DNA from: Gemmatales bacterium
GTDB taxonomy: Bacteria > Planctomycetota > Planctomycetia > Gemmatales > HRBIN36
Direction: 5' to 3'
NCBI GenBank assembly: GCA_041640595.1
Contig: JBEPZY010000006.1
Coordinates: 1-64,000, forward strand
DNA length: 64,000 bases
In this document: positions 48,857 to 64,000 of the stretch, one piece after another
Numbering within the stretch: position 1 is the stretch's first letter
How the letters are laid out: each line of letters begins with the position of its first letter
Position numbers and translations under genes: made by a program
The notes under the pieces: generated by a model
What the model was told of the DNA's origin: nothing
What the model saw: only the letters and a program-made list of their open reading frames with translations
Database searches by the model: none

Positions 48857-50428
48857 TCAGCTTCCCTGGGGTGTGCAAAGTTCCCTGAATGAGTCCAAAC
48901 ATTCGCGCAATTGCTCCAGCTGGCGCTGCAAATCCTTCCGCCACTTTTCCAGGCGGTCTAGAATGTTTTTGCTGTTGTTGTGGATGGTCTGGGTCCAGGT
49001 CTGGAGTTGATCCAGCACCTGCAAGCCTTTCTCGATAGCTTCGATGGATTTCTCCATTTTGCCGATGTCCGCCTCTGCACTGGAACGCTGCCGCGCCTCG
49101 CGGACACACAAAGCCTCGGCAACCAGGATAGCGGCATCCAGATAAACGTTTGTGTACGGGTCGTCGCTATCCCAGACGGTGACCAGATAGTTATTGCCCC
49201 ACCGAAACAGTGGAACCAAGTTAGCAGGAGCCACTTTCCTGGAAAAAACGAAGATACCGATTTGTGCCTCGCGGTTTTCACAGGCTTCAGCGATTTCCTT
49301 CAACGCCTTTTGCAGGGTGTATCCTTCCTCTTCCTTGGCTTCGATAACGATACGCGCTCCTTCGGCAGCAGAGGTTTCGCCCAGCGTAATCACAATATCG
49401 CCGACCTTGGAGCGTGGCTTTTTGCCCGGCGTGTCCCCGACAAACTCCACCAGATGCTGCCGCGGTGTTAAAAGACGCTTCAAATGATCCGCGAGGACAT
49501 CCTGGAATTCGATACCGTGGGCCACCGACTTTTGCATTTCCTCGCGGCGCGCTTGCAATTTCGCCAGTTCCTCGCGAACTTTCGCGTGAAACTCCTGCTG
49601 CTGACGTTGCGACTTCTCCAGCAACTCGACCAGCTCCTTACGGGATTCGGCCAGACGGTTGATCAATTCCTGGCGTAACCGCGACAATGCAGAGTCGCCC
49701 TTATCGAGGGAGAATTCCGCAGTGATTTTCTTTTGTGCCTCCTCAACATTGCGAACCAGGCGACTCAATGCGGAATCCGGCCGATCCAGCGAAAATTCTT
49801 CAAAGACCCGTGCCATTTTGGTCTGCAAGTCACCTGAAACCTGGTCATGGTGTTCCCGCAATTGTTGCAGGAACCGACACAGTGCACCGTCGGAATTATC
49901 CAGCGAGAATTGCCGCAGCAACTGTTCTCGTTGCTCGATGAGTTTCTCTTCCAGAAACGCGAAAAACCCGGATCGCTGCTGGGGAGAAAGGTATTGCATC
50001 AGCGGGCTATTTTCCCCTACATGAGCCAGCAAGGTTTTGGACATCTCGGAATCTTCCTTGCCGATATAACGTCGGAGAAATCCCTCCAGTTCGCCCCCAT
50101 TCCCGAGCAAACGCTGAATCCGTTCCGGCAGCTTGCCGCTATTGGGATCGAAATACTCGCGCAAGGCGCTTTCCAGCCGATTTTGCAATTCCCGTTGATG
50201 CGTATCGAGGACCTGCTCCAGACTCTCCAGCAGACGATTGGCTTCATTACGCAAACCCTGAATATCCAGGTCGCCGCGAGCCTGTTTCAGGGCGAGAATA
50301 CCAATGCGTAACGCTGTACGGGCCAACTCGTCGCGTTCCTGACCCTCGGGGAGCCTGGTCAGTTCCTCAATCACTTCCGCGTCCCAGATTTCTAACTCCA
50401 GGCGCAGTGGACTCACGGCGGCAATCAT
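48857..50428 (-). CDS. Coiled-coil protein with PD-(D/E)xK-like domain (RmuC/DUF2130-like)
   Basis: Long helical region with three FSLDxxDS/GAL repeats, then GIEFQ...GDIVI...IVIEAK. Confidence 0.6.
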   Translation of the reverse strand: MIAAVSPLRLELEIWDAEVIEELTRLPEGQERDELARTALRIGILALKQARGDLDIQGLRNEANRLLESLEQVLDTHQRELQNRLESALREYFDPNSGKLPERIQRLLGNGGELEGFLRRYIGKEDSEMSKTLLAHVGENSPLMQYLSPQQRSGFFAFLEEKLIEQREQLLRQFSLDNSDGALCRFLQQLREHHDQVSGDLQTKMARVFEEFSLDRPDSALSRLVRNVEEAQKKITAEFSLDKGDSALSRLRQELINRLAESRKELVELLEKSQRQQQEFHAKVREELAKLQARREEMQKSVAHGIEFQDVLADHLKRLLTPRQHLVEFVGDTPGKKPRSKVGDIVITLGETSAAEGARIVIEAKEEEGYTLQKALKEIAEACENREAQIGIFVFSRKVAPANLVPLFRWGNNYLVTVWDSDDPYTNVYLDAAILVAEALCVREARQRSSAEADIGKMEKSIEAIEKGLQVLDQLQTWTQTIHNNSKNILDRLEKWRKDLQRQLEQLRECLDSFRELCTPQGS

Positions 50429-50448
50429 AGAGCGCTCCAGTTACCAGT

Positions 50449-51015
50449 TCAGGAAGAAAGAACTTTCAGGAATTGCGCCAGCCAGGCTGGATGTGCTGGC
50501 CAGGCCGGAGCAGTGACGAGATTCCCGTCCGTAATGGCCTGGTCCACGGGAACCTCGATATATTCGCCACCTGCCGCTCGCACTTCTGGTCCGACAGCTG
50601 GATAGGCGGTCACTTTTCTTCCTTTCAAAATACCCGCCGCTGCCAGTAATTGCAAGCCATGACAAATGGCGGCGATCGGTTTGCCCGCCTGGGCAAAATG
50701 CTGCACCATTTGTATGACACGCGAATGGAGTCGCAGATATTCTGGCGCTCGACCGCCCGGCACGACCAGAGCGTCGTAATCTTCCGGGCGAATCTCATCG
50801 AAGCTGGCGTTGAGGCGAAAGTTGTGGCCGGGCTTTTCGCTATACGTCTGGTCGCCTTCAAAATCATGGACAGCGGTACGGACGGTCTGACCCGCACGTT
50901 TGCCCGGACAGACCGCGTGGACGGTGTGGCCAAGCATGCTCAGAGCCTGAAACGGCACCATCGCTTCATAATCTTCCACATAATCGCCCACCAGCATCAG
51001 AATTTTCCTGGCCAT
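50449..51015 (-). CDS. DJ-1/PfpI family protein
   Basis: [19 protein letters not shown]. Confidence 0.95.
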   Translation of the reverse strand: MARKILMLVGDYVEDYEAMVPFQALSMLGHTVHAVCPGKRAGQTVRTAVHDFEGDQTYSEKPGHNFRLNASFDEIRPEDYDALVVPGGRAPEYLRLHSRVIQMVQHFAQAGKPIAAICHGLQLLAAAGILKGRKVTAYPAVGPEVRAAGGEYIEVPVDQAITDGNLVTAPAWPAHPAWLAQFLKVLSS

Positions 51016-51032
51016 GTTCGTCCTCCACCATG

Positions 51033-52049
51033 CTAACGTGGGAAAAGCGACAGCACATGTTGGATCGCATCCTCCTCGCTGGCTATTTTTTCCCGGAACG
51101 GCCTGAGTTCCCAGGTTTCGGTGTGCAAAACTTCTTCGCCTGGCTTGAGCGTAACCAGCGGCCCGAGCGTTTCCATCTCCAGCATGTCCTCGTTGGTAAA
51201 GGTCTCGTAATTAACGCCGAAATCGGGATACGTGCGGTCGGGAAAGTGGTTGAACCGTTTGATGAAAAGTGCTCCGCGATTCGCATAAGCAGCCCAGCCG
51301 AGTGTGTGGCGCAACCCGATCTTGGTTGGGCCGCGCTTGGCATCCTGGCGCAAAAGAATTACTTGCCGGCCGAAGGTATATCGCGGGTCGGTGAAATCAA
51401 AGTACGGCCACAGCACTAAGACCTGATTGGGCAGCAGGGCTTGCGGATGCGGTCGCTTGGGCGGCAAGGGAATAATCTCTACACCACCCGGAGCCATCAC
51501 GCTGATCGCCCACGGTGCAAGTTCCGTTGACGTTTTGCCCACATTGCGAATGCGATGTAACACTTCCACCCGGCTTCCCTGCGGGCTAAGGAACAGTTCT
51601 ATCTGTTTTTGCAGGCCCCACGGAGACTCCGGCGACGGGGTCAGAACCACTCGACCAGCCCGTTCTTCGTAGGCCACCCCTGCGTTATCCGGGAAATAAG
51701 TACGCTTCTCATCCTCGGGAGCGACCCACAGCCGATGACCGCCGCGAATCTGCCAATCCTTCTCACCGGATTTCCCCAGCTGGTCGGTGTATTCTTTGAA
51801 AACGTTTTCACCGCCGACAAACCCGTAACGGATCACGCGGGGGCCGATGTCGAGCGTGGCGATTAATTCAACCTGGCCGTTGGTGATACGCAGATTATTC
51901 GCCCAACCGCCGTAGGCCACTTTTTCGATTTTGACCGCAGGTTGGGCCTGACTTTGCGTCGGTTCCGTGGCAACAACCGCTAACCAGCACGCTGCAATCC
52001 CAGCCACCCAAGTCCCATGCCGAAGCATACCTGACTCCCGTTTCTCCAA
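51033..52049 (-). CDS. Exported hypothetical protein (DUF4380 / mutarotase-like fold)
   Basis: Signal peptide, [23 protein letters not shown]. Confidence 0.7.
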   Translation of the reverse strand: MEKRESGMLRHGTWVAGIAACWLAVVATEPTQSQAQPAVKIEKVAYGGWANNLRITNGQVELIATLDIGPRVIRYGFVGGENVFKEYTDQLGKSGEKDWQIRGGHRLWVAPEDEKRTYFPDNAGVAYEERAGRVVLTPSPESPWGLQKQIELFLSPQGSRVEVLHRIRNVGKTSTELAPWAISVMAPGGVEIIPLPPKRPHPQALLPNQVLVLWPYFDFTDPRYTFGRQVILLRQDAKRGPTKIGLRHTLGWAAYANRGALFIKRFNHFPDRTYPDFGVNYETFTNEDMLEMETLGPLVTLKPGEEVLHTETWELRPFREKIASEEDAIQHVLSLFPR

Positions 52050-52440
52050 TCCTCTATTCCACTCACCAATGCTGGCGTGATTATAGCTGCAAATGGATAG
52101 GCTGGCATGGGCGAAGAAGGAACCGTAGGAGCCGTAGGGGAAAATGTGACTCCATCCCAGTTATGGGACGATAACAACGCTGGCTGGTAGTTCAGAAGCG
52201 AACCGGTAACATCCACCCCCCTGGTCCAGTGCCAAGTAAGAGCAAACGCTCGCCAGGCTGAGTCTTCCAGCAAGTTCGGGCCAACCGAGTCCATGACGGC
52301 TTGGTACACCGAGTCCCTGATGGCATGGTACAATGTAAAGAGCAGCACTCTCGCAGGCGGCGAAGCTGGGTGCTCGTGGGGAGGGACAAGGCGACACGCG
52401 GTCTGTCGCACCCAGGGTCGGAGAGAATAAAACCGCCGAC

Positions 52441-52519
52441 CCAAGCGACTCGCACACTCGGTCATACTCGGTAACAGGCATCAACAAATACTTCGCGGAA
52501 CTAAGTGACTCGCACACTC
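52441..52519 (+). repeat. 19 bp imperfect direct repeat, 60 bp period
   Basis: ccaagcgactcgcacactc (52441) and ctaagtgactcgcacactc (52501), 17/19 identical. Confidence 0.7.
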
Positions 52520-52723
52520 TGACGGTCCTGGTGCTCAGCCGGGCATCGCCTTAGGCCAGACGCAACCGCAAGCCATTGTTGCGCGTTTCAGCGCTGGATA
52601 TCGGATAGCCTGTCCAACTAGCGCAGCGCGACAAGCTCCCGACCACGGAGACACAAAATCAGCTGTAAATGGCTGGGCGAGCAACGGCAGCAGCATGAGG
52701 GACTTATCGGCTCAGAATTTGCC

Positions 52724-54253
52724 ATGCTTTGCGTCAGCATCGGGCGCACCCGACACAAGATGATGATTACGGAGATTCACGAAGCCGCACGTCGGGGCGC
52801 GCAATTTATCGAATTGCGGCTGGATTTTCTGGCGAAGGCCCCCGATTTCAACCGTTTGTTTGGCTATAAACCGTGCCCGTTCGTGGCGACCATCCGGCGT
52901 CAGGAAGACGGCGGACGATGGAACCGCAGCGAACAAGAGCGGCAGACGCTGCTGCGTTTGTGCATCGCCTCCGGCCATTTCGATTGGGTGGACCTGGAGA
53001 CCGACATCGCCGACAAGATTCCCCGTTTCGGCAAGGTCAAGCGGATCGTCAGCTATCATAATCCCCGCGAGTTTCCCAAAGATTTGGAGGCGATCCTTCA
53101 GAAAATGGCCAAACAGGATGCCGACGTTTTGAAGATCGCTGTGCGGGCCGAGCGTCCGGCCGACAATATTCGCGTGCTCTCGCTGATTGCCAAGTCGCCC
53201 AAACCGCTGGTGTCGCTCTGCCTCGGCGATCTTGGCGTTCCCAGCCGGATTCTGGCTGGCAAGTTTGGTGCGCCGTTTACTTATTGCGCGTTTAACAAAG
53301 AACGGGGAATTGCACCCGGGATACTTTCCATGGAGGAAATGCAAAAAGTTTACGCTTATGACCGGATTAGCAAAAACACGCAGGTGTTTGCAGTGGTGGG
53401 CGATCCGATTGAGCACAGCCTCAGTCCGTTAGTGCATAACGCCGCTCTGCAAGCGCTGGGTCTGGATGCTGTGTACATTCCTATCCGTGTTCCGCCGGGT
53501 GAATTGCCAGCCACGCTGCAAGCCTTTGAACAGGTACCTGTGCAGGGTTATAGCGTTACGCTACCACATAAAGAAACGGCAGCTCAACTGGCCCGCGATA
53601 AGGACGAATTGACGGCCCTAACTGGCAGCACCAATACGCTGGTGCGGTTGCCGCAAGGTGGTTTTCGCGCGTACAACACCGACGCTCCCGCAGCACTGGC
53701 CGCTCTGCAGGATAAGCTTGCCACCTTACCGGGCAAGCCGAACTTACAGAACCTGCATGTGCTGGTGCTCGGTGCAGGCGGAGTGGCTCGCGCAATTGTG
53801 TTTGCGCTGGTGCGGGCCGGTGCTCAGGTAGTGGTGGCCAATCGCACACTGGCTCGCGCTGAAAAACTCGCTCAGGATTCTGGCTGCCGCTTTGTGGATT
53901 GGAATGCACGGTACAACGTCAAGTACGACTTACTCGTGAATTGCACCTCTGTTGGTATGTTTCCCAACCTCGACGAAACACCGATGCATCACAGTGCGCT
54001 GCAACCGGGACAAATCGTGTTTGACACCGTTTACAACCCAGAAACAACGCTGCTGATTCGAGAAGCGCGAGAGCGCGGTTGCGAGGTGATTACGGGCGTG
54101 GAAATGTTTGTCCGGCAGGCAGCTTTACAATTCCGTCTATTCACTGGCAAAGAGCCGCCTCTCGACCTGATGCGCAAAGTGGTTCGACGGGCTCTGCTTC
54201 CGGTTCATCTGCGCGAGGAAGAAGAATTGCCGGAGCAAGACAGCAAGGCGTAA
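52724..54253 (+). CDS. aroE: Bifunctional type I 3-dehydroquinate dehydratase / shikimate dehydrogenase
   Basis: ELRLD, SYH, LKIA (AroD) fused to HSLSP, SVTLPHK, NTD, GAGG, NRT (AroE). Confidence 0.93.
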   Translation: MLCVSIGRTRHKMMITEIHEAARRGAQFIELRLDFLAKAPDFNRLFGYKPCPFVATIRRQEDGGRWNRSEQERQTLLRLCIASGHFDWVDLETDIADKIPRFGKVKRIVSYHNPREFPKDLEAILQKMAKQDADVLKIAVRAERPADNIRVLSLIAKSPKPLVSLCLGDLGVPSRILAGKFGAPFTYCAFNKERGIAPGILSMEEMQKVYAYDRISKNTQVFAVVGDPIEHSLSPLVHNAALQALGLDAVYIPIRVPPGELPATLQAFEQVPVQGYSVTLPHKETAAQLARDKDELTALTGSTNTLVRLPQGGFRAYNTDAPAALAALQDKLATLPGKPNLQNLHVLVLGAGGVARAIVFALVRAGAQVVVANRTLARAEKLAQDSGCRFVDWNARYNVKYDLLVNCTSVGMFPNLDETPMHHSALQPGQIVFDTVYNPETTLLIREARERGCEVITGVEMFVRQAALQFRLFTGKEPPLDLMRKVVRRALLPVHLREEEELPEQDSKA

Positions 54254-54316
54254 ATGTTTCGCCAGCCTCGGATGTCAACAAGCTGCATGGCCTCTCGCCT
54301 CAGGCAACCAATTAGC

Positions 54317-55744
54317 TCACCGTAGTAGCAACAGGCCAACTACGAAGCCGACCAGGGCGAACAGCAGAAGCAACAACCAGGTGGCGAGATCAGCAGCGCT
54401 ACGACCTGGGGTCTTGCTGGCCGGGATAGATGCCTTTGCCGCGGACGGTTGTGCGGATTGTGGCACGGCAGGGACACCTTGCCTTGCTTCCGAGCAACCT
54501 GCTGGAGCGTGTCCGGTTTCGGTTTCAGGCGTCTGCCCGGCTATCTCTTTCCTGGCCGATGGTGCTGGGTGCGCTGCCCCTGGCTCAGGTGACGCGAACC
54601 GTTTATCCGTAGCAGCAGGAATGTACGTGCTTTGCTTCAACGCTTGCTGGCTGGCACGCGGCAAGGATAAGGCTCCCGGCTGCATGACCAGGTCCCGCAA
54701 TTCGGCAAATTCACGCAGCGGTCGGAACGGGCCTTCCGCACAAAAACCAACCTGTACCTTATCCAGCGGGCCGCATTTTCCCTCCAACAAAGCCCGGCGG
54801 ATCGCTGCTAACGAGCCTTTCCGCGTGACCACGTGTCCTTCCAGGGTTGCGTAAAAAACATACCAATCTTCCGCTGGCCGGGCTACTACACGAAACCGAT
54901 CGTCCGCCTCCTCTACCTGCTGCCCCAGCAAATCTTCGACAAACTCGCGGACGTCTGCTGGCCTGCGATCCGGATCGGCACTCATGGCCCGCCGAATTGC
55001 CCAGTCCACGCGGGAGCTCAGATCCGGTCGCAGCTGTCGCGGTGCTGGCAAATCATTGTTGATTTTGCGAATCCAGGCGTCCAGCGGTGAACAGGAACGA
55101 AACGGCAACTGACCGGTCACCAGCATGTACAGGGTAGCCCCCAGCGAATAGATGTCGCAACGCACATCGGCATTCTTAGCATTGCGAAACTGTTCGGGAG
55201 CCATGAAGTGAGGTGTGCCCAGTCCGCGACCGGTGCGAGTAAGATTGAGGTCGGCATCGAGGTCTTTCACTAACCCCAAATCCGCCAGTTTGGCTCGGCC
55301 TTGACCATCTACCAGAATATTGTCCGGTTTGACGTCGCGGTGGATGATACCCAGCTGATGCGCCCGATACAGTCCCTGGGCTACCTGAACGATGTAATCC
55401 ACCGCTTCAGCTTCAGGGAGCCGGCCCAATCGTTCCACACGCTGACCCAGCGATTCTCCGTCCACTAACTCCATGACGATATACGGCACTTTGCCGTGGC
55501 GTCCCAGTTCGATCGCCCGCACAATGTTCGGATGCACGAGCCGGCTGGCCGCACGAAATTCCTGCTCGAATCGCTGCAACAACACGGGATTGTTCGCCAT
55601 CGCCGCCGGCAGAACTTTCAGCGCCACCAGTTCCCCATTTTCTCGATGGCGGGCACGATATACCGTCCCCATGCCCCCCTCGGCGATCAGGGCAAGGATT
55701 TCGTATGGCCCGATTTCCTTGAGTTCCATCTTGGTGGCGGACAT
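54317..55744 (-). CDS. Hanks-type Ser/Thr protein kinase with C-terminal membrane anchor
   Basis: GGMGTVY, VALK, HRDVKPDN, DLGL, GTPHFMAPE. Confidence 0.95.
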   Translation of the reverse strand: MSATKMELKEIGPYEILALIAEGGMGTVYRARHRENGELVALKVLPAAMANNPVLLQRFEQEFRAASRLVHPNIVRAIELGRHGKVPYIVMELVDGESLGQRVERLGRLPEAEAVDYIVQVAQGLYRAHQLGIIHRDVKPDNILVDGQGRAKLADLGLVKDLDADLNLTRTGRGLGTPHFMAPEQFRNAKNADVRCDIYSLGATLYMLVTGQLPFRSCSPLDAWIRKINNDLPAPRQLRPDLSSRVDWAIRRAMSADPDRRPADVREFVEDLLGQQVEEADDRFRVVARPAEDWYVFYATLEGHVVTRKGSLAAIRRALLEGKCGPLDKVQVGFCAEGPFRPLREFAELRDLVMQPGALSLPRASQQALKQSTYIPAATDKRFASPEPGAAHPAPSARKEIAGQTPETETGHAPAGCSEARQGVPAVPQSAQPSAAKASIPASKTPGRSAADLATWLLLLLFALVGFVVGLLLLR

Positions 55745-55840
55745 TTACTCAGCGCAGTTGATTGCTCAGCGGAATATGGTCACGCCTGAACCAACCTCCA
55801 CGTATTCAAGTTTAGCCCAAAATTGCCGTCCGCGAAAGGA

Positions 55841-57442
55841 TCACGCAGGCAACCAGGACTCTTCGAGGGTTCGCTGTACCAGTGCCACCGCTTCGGCAAG
55901 AACGGTGTCGAAATCACGGTCAGTATGCAGCGGGCGAGTATGCAACTGCGTTGACGGTCCAGGCAATTCCCAGTGCTGCGCCATTCCTTCATAAACCGAC
56001 CAGGTAGCATCGGAAATGTCCCCCTGGCGTTCGGCTAAACGTCGGCGTACGACGCTCGGATCGGCCTGGCAAAGCAACAACAGTGCCGGCACTGCCCATT
56101 GCTTTGCCAGGTTTAAAAACTGCTGGCGGTGTTGCTCCTGGGCGAACGTCGCATCCACTATCACACGCCGACCATCAGCCAGTAACGATTCTGTGCGACG
56201 GAGCATCTCCGTGTAAGTCCGCTCTGTCCACTGCGGCGTATAAATGCCCTGGCCAAACGATGTTGCCGCAGCACCACCCGCAGGCAACCCGGCCAATTCT
56301 TTGCGAATAGCATCGCTCCGCAACCAGACGGCGTGCAATCGCTGAGCCAGGGCCTGAGCAAGACGCGACTTACCTACCCCAGGCAGACCGCTGACCAGTA
56401 CCAGCACCGGACGATAGTCCGGACTTTCCAACACTTGCCAGGCCAGCATCCAGTACCGTCGTGCTTCCTGCCAGGCTCGCTGTTGCGACTCGGCGGGTAC
56501 TTCCGGTTCTTGCGCGAGCAAGCTTCTGACTTTGCCCCGCACCGCTGCACGATAACTTACATACCACGTCAGCAACTCCCGACCGGTTTCATCACCGCTG
56601 GCTTGAAAATAACTCTCCGCGAAAAACCGGGCCCAGTTGGGGCGATCTTCGTACAGCAGATCCATCACCACAAATGCCATGTCTGCCACCGGGTCTGCGT
56701 AACGGAAGCTATCATTGAACTCCACGCAATCAATAATGGCAATGTCATAGGGAGGCGGTTTGTCGGGGAAAAGATAAATGTGTTCCAGCCTCAGGTCGCC
56801 ATGCGTATCACAGGGTACGCCTCGTGCCACTCGTTCCTCAAACCTGGGGCGCAACTTTTCCAGCCACTGCTCAGCAAGTTGCTGTAAACGCTGCCAAACT
56901 GAAGCGGTGATAGTCCGGCCCACCTGTTGCTGGCCGACCTCAAGGTTCTCCCGGCATAGTCGCGCAAGGACTTCTGTGCGGGCATAGCAGGCAATCTCCG
57001 GGCTGCGTTCCGCCTCCCTGTGAAATTTTGCGATTCGCTCTGCCAGCCGCCGTAACGTTTCCAGGTCGAGTTCGGAGTGTTGCACCTGCCATTCCAGCGT
57101 CGCTTCTTCTGGCAACCGAACCATTTTCACTGCCCATTCACACACGGGCCCCGGTTGCTCGAAGGCCAGACCGGTGTCTGTTTGTGCAACAGGCACCACT
57201 GCTTGATAAACTTGCGGCGCCAGTCGCCGATTCAGCAATAGCTCCCGCTCGCAATAGTACCGCCTTTTTTCCAGCGTGCTAAAGTCCACGAAACTGAAAG
57301 CAATGGGCTTTTTGATCTTGTAAGCCCAGGGACCGGCCAGAAATACTACGGAAATGTGCGTTTGCCGCACCTCCACGTCCTTCACCGCAAACGGATACGC
57401 ACTAGGCCTGGACAGTTCCGCGATCAGATGCTTCAATTCCAT
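55841..57442 (-). CDS. Aminoglycoside phosphotransferase-like / AAA_33 kinase fusion
   Basis: QTHIS, YKIKK, HGDLRLEH, DCVEF, then GLPGVGKS and DATF. Confidence 0.92.
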   Translation of the reverse strand: MELKHLIAELSRPSAYPFAVKDVEVRQTHISVVFLAGPWAYKIKKPIAFSFVDFSTLEKRRYYCERELLLNRRLAPQVYQAVVPVAQTDTGLAFEQPGPVCEWAVKMVRLPEEATLEWQVQHSELDLETLRRLAERIAKFHREAERSPEIACYARTEVLARLCRENLEVGQQQVGRTITASVWQRLQQLAEQWLEKLRPRFEERVARGVPCDTHGDLRLEHIYLFPDKPPPYDIAIIDCVEFNDSFRYADPVADMAFVVMDLLYEDRPNWARFFAESYFQASGDETGRELLTWYVSYRAAVRGKVRSLLAQEPEVPAESQQRAWQEARRYWMLAWQVLESPDYRPVLVLVSGLPGVGKSRLAQALAQRLHAVWLRSDAIRKELAGLPAGGAAATSFGQGIYTPQWTERTYTEMLRRTESLLADGRRVIVDATFAQEQHRQQFLNLAKQWAVPALLLLCQADPSVVRRRLAERQGDISDATWSVYEGMAQHWELPGPSTQLHTRPLHTDRDFDTVLAEAVALVQRTLEESWLPA

Positions 57443-57614
57443 AGTCGCCGCCCTGAGAAACGCGATGCTTCATCGGAGTCCGGCAGGCATACCGGTACGA
57501 GTCCCGTCTTGGTCAACTTAGGCAAATCCGCAGCCGTGCCAACCGGCGCATCGGCAACCGTGTTTATACCAGCCCGCTTCGACGCTGTGCCCAGGCCGAA
57601 TTTCCTGGCCGTAT

Positions 57615-58094
57615 TTACCAGGCAAAATGAGCGAAAGCCTTGTTGGCTTCGGCCATTTTGATGGTATTTTCGCGTTTGGTCATGGCGTCGCCTTCGCGGC
57701 GATAGGCGGCCATGAGTTCGTCGGCAAGCTTGAGGAACATAGGTCGGCCCTTCTTGGCGCGGGCGGCCTGAATAATCCAGCGGATGGCCAGGCTTTGCTG
57801 GCGTTTCGGTTCGACCTGCATGGGTACCTGGTAAGTAGCGCCACCAACTCGCCGCGACCGCACTTCCAGCGTCGGCTTGACATTCTCCACAGCTTGCTCG
57901 AAAACTTCCAGGGCATTTACGTTTTCGCCCATTCGCTTCTGGATCTGCTCCAGGGCTTTATAAAAGATGCGTGCCGCCGTAGCTTTTTTGCCTCGCTGCA
58001 TCAAGCAGTTAATGAATTTGCTCACCAGAAGCGAGTTATATACCGGGTCGGGTCGCAATGTTTCTTCGCTAGCCGTCTTCTTTTTCCGTCTCAT
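57615..58094 (-). CDS. rpsG: 30S ribosomal protein S7
   Basis: [25 protein letters not shown]. Confidence 0.98.
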   Translation of the reverse strand: MRRKKKTASEETLRPDPVYNSLLVSKFINCLMQRGKKATAARIFYKALEQIQKRMGENVNALEVFEQAVENVKPTLEVRSRRVGGATYQVPMQVEPKRQQSLAIRWIIQAARAKKGRPMFLKLADELMAAYRREGDAMTKRENTIKMAEANKAFAHFAW

Positions 58095-58247
58095 GGCGAA
58101 TGCACCCACTCATAGTCAAGCTACAATCAGCAGGCATGAGCCCGCAGCATTCGGTAAGGCATCACTGTGCCATTTTCAGCGCAAGACCTGTCGGATGAAG
58201 CCCAAGCCAGGGCCGGCTCTGCTTCTAGGCCCCTCGTAGAAACGGGC

Positions 58248-58622
58248 TTATTTAGCCTGTTTCTTGGCACCATATTTGGAACGTGCCTGTTTGCGATCCT
58301 GCACGGGCGCGCAGTCATAAACACCACGAACGATATGGTAGCGGACACCTGGTAAATCACGGACACGCCCGCCACGCACCAGAACCACAGAGTGTTCCTG
58401 CAAATTATGCCCTTCGCCGGGGATGTAGGCGGTAACCTCGATCCCGTTGGACAGCCGAACACGAGCCACCTTACGTAAGGCGGAGTTCGGCTTCTTGGGC
58501 GTCATGATTTTTACTTGCGTGCAGACCCCTCGCTTGAACGGACACGCCTGCAAAGCAGGTCGTTTAGTCCGCCGATGCTGCACGACACGGGGGCGTCGGA
58601 CGAGTTGATTGATGGTCGGCAT
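58248..58622 (-). CDS. rpsL: 30S ribosomal protein S12
   Basis: [26 protein letters not shown]. Confidence 0.99.
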   Translation of the reverse strand: MPTINQLVRRPRVVQHRRTKRPALQACPFKRGVCTQVKIMTPKKPNSALRKVARVRLSNGIEVTAYIPGEGHNLQEHSVVLVRGGRVRDLPGVRYHIVRGVYDCAPVQDRKQARSKYGAKKQAK

Positions 58623-58942
58623 GGCTTCTTTTCGTAAAAGTACAAAATTGTCTTCGCGGCGCTAGCCACGGACGCGGAAAAGAGAGTGGACACTCCCAGC
58701 CAGTATTTCCACGTTGATCGGATCAGCTTGTCTTTCGGATGCTGGGCTTCCATTCGGCATTGCCGTGGCCAGCGAGTACTTCATGCTATGAAGAAGGCTA
58801 CCACCAGTCAAGTGAGTGGCTGACCAGCGCGGTTACATTTACATTTTGGGGCAAGCTTCACAGAACCGGTAGGCTGTCAGGCGTGTCAAGCTATTCGGTA
58901 ATTTGCGGATTTGCTCGTTCCGTTAGCCGATCGGCAGGAAAG

Positions 58943-63331
<4,389 letters not shown>

Positions 63332-63534
63332 GGTTGTTCTCCTTGCCCTGGGAAAATCCCCTGCTGAAAAGCTACCGAGCTAGCCTGGGAAAATGGCTAG
63401 CCGAAATGGCGGTTGATTGCGGCGTGTACCGGTTAACCGCAGACCGCGACCTGCACCCCGCTGGTCCGCGGTGGGGATCGAAATAAGAGTTCCCCGCTGG
63501 GCCCTGTTTGCGGTACAGGCAATGTTCGTGGGGA

Positions 63535-64000
<466 letters not shown>

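Noticed and set aside
51980..52465. 161 aa minus-strand ORF
   Set aside because: Overlaps the next gene out of frame and has no motif.
58861..58889. TTGACA upstream of rpsL on the minus strand
   Set aside because: No credible -10 hexamer at 16-18 bp spacing.

Overview
Chromosomal window from a GC-rich Planctomycete, probably Gemmatales-like. The assignment rests on planctomycete cytochrome c/DUF1592, DUF1501, DUF1549/DUF1553 and Flp-like genes. It is mostly housekeeping: rpoB(3')-rpoC-rpsL-rpsG, a lone rplC, adk-map, a topoisomerase IV-like pair, nuoH/J/K/L/M, pfkA, an aroD-aroE fusion, lgt and a two-component system. Standout signals: (1) two annotated ORFs (35031-35498 and 35535-36263) read as one lipoprotein with TWO in-frame UGA codons in a U-x-x-U-x-x-C thioredoxin-like site, followed by a SECIS-like hairpin, a CxxCH motif and a PDZ domain, i.e. 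a probable di-selenocysteine protein; (2) a highly structured, unannotated ~230 nt minus-strand RNA at 18688-18916 behind a near-consensus sigma70 promoter (6S-like candidate); (3) an AT-richer HNH nuclease plus DNA methyltransferase/GIY-YIG-like fusion module at 264-2660; (4) a decayed array of RHS toxin-tip/immunity cassettes at about 42330-44900; (5) repeated break-up of normally conserved operons. All family assignments come from motif recognition by eye, with no database searches. No tRNA, rRNA or CRISPR array was seen.
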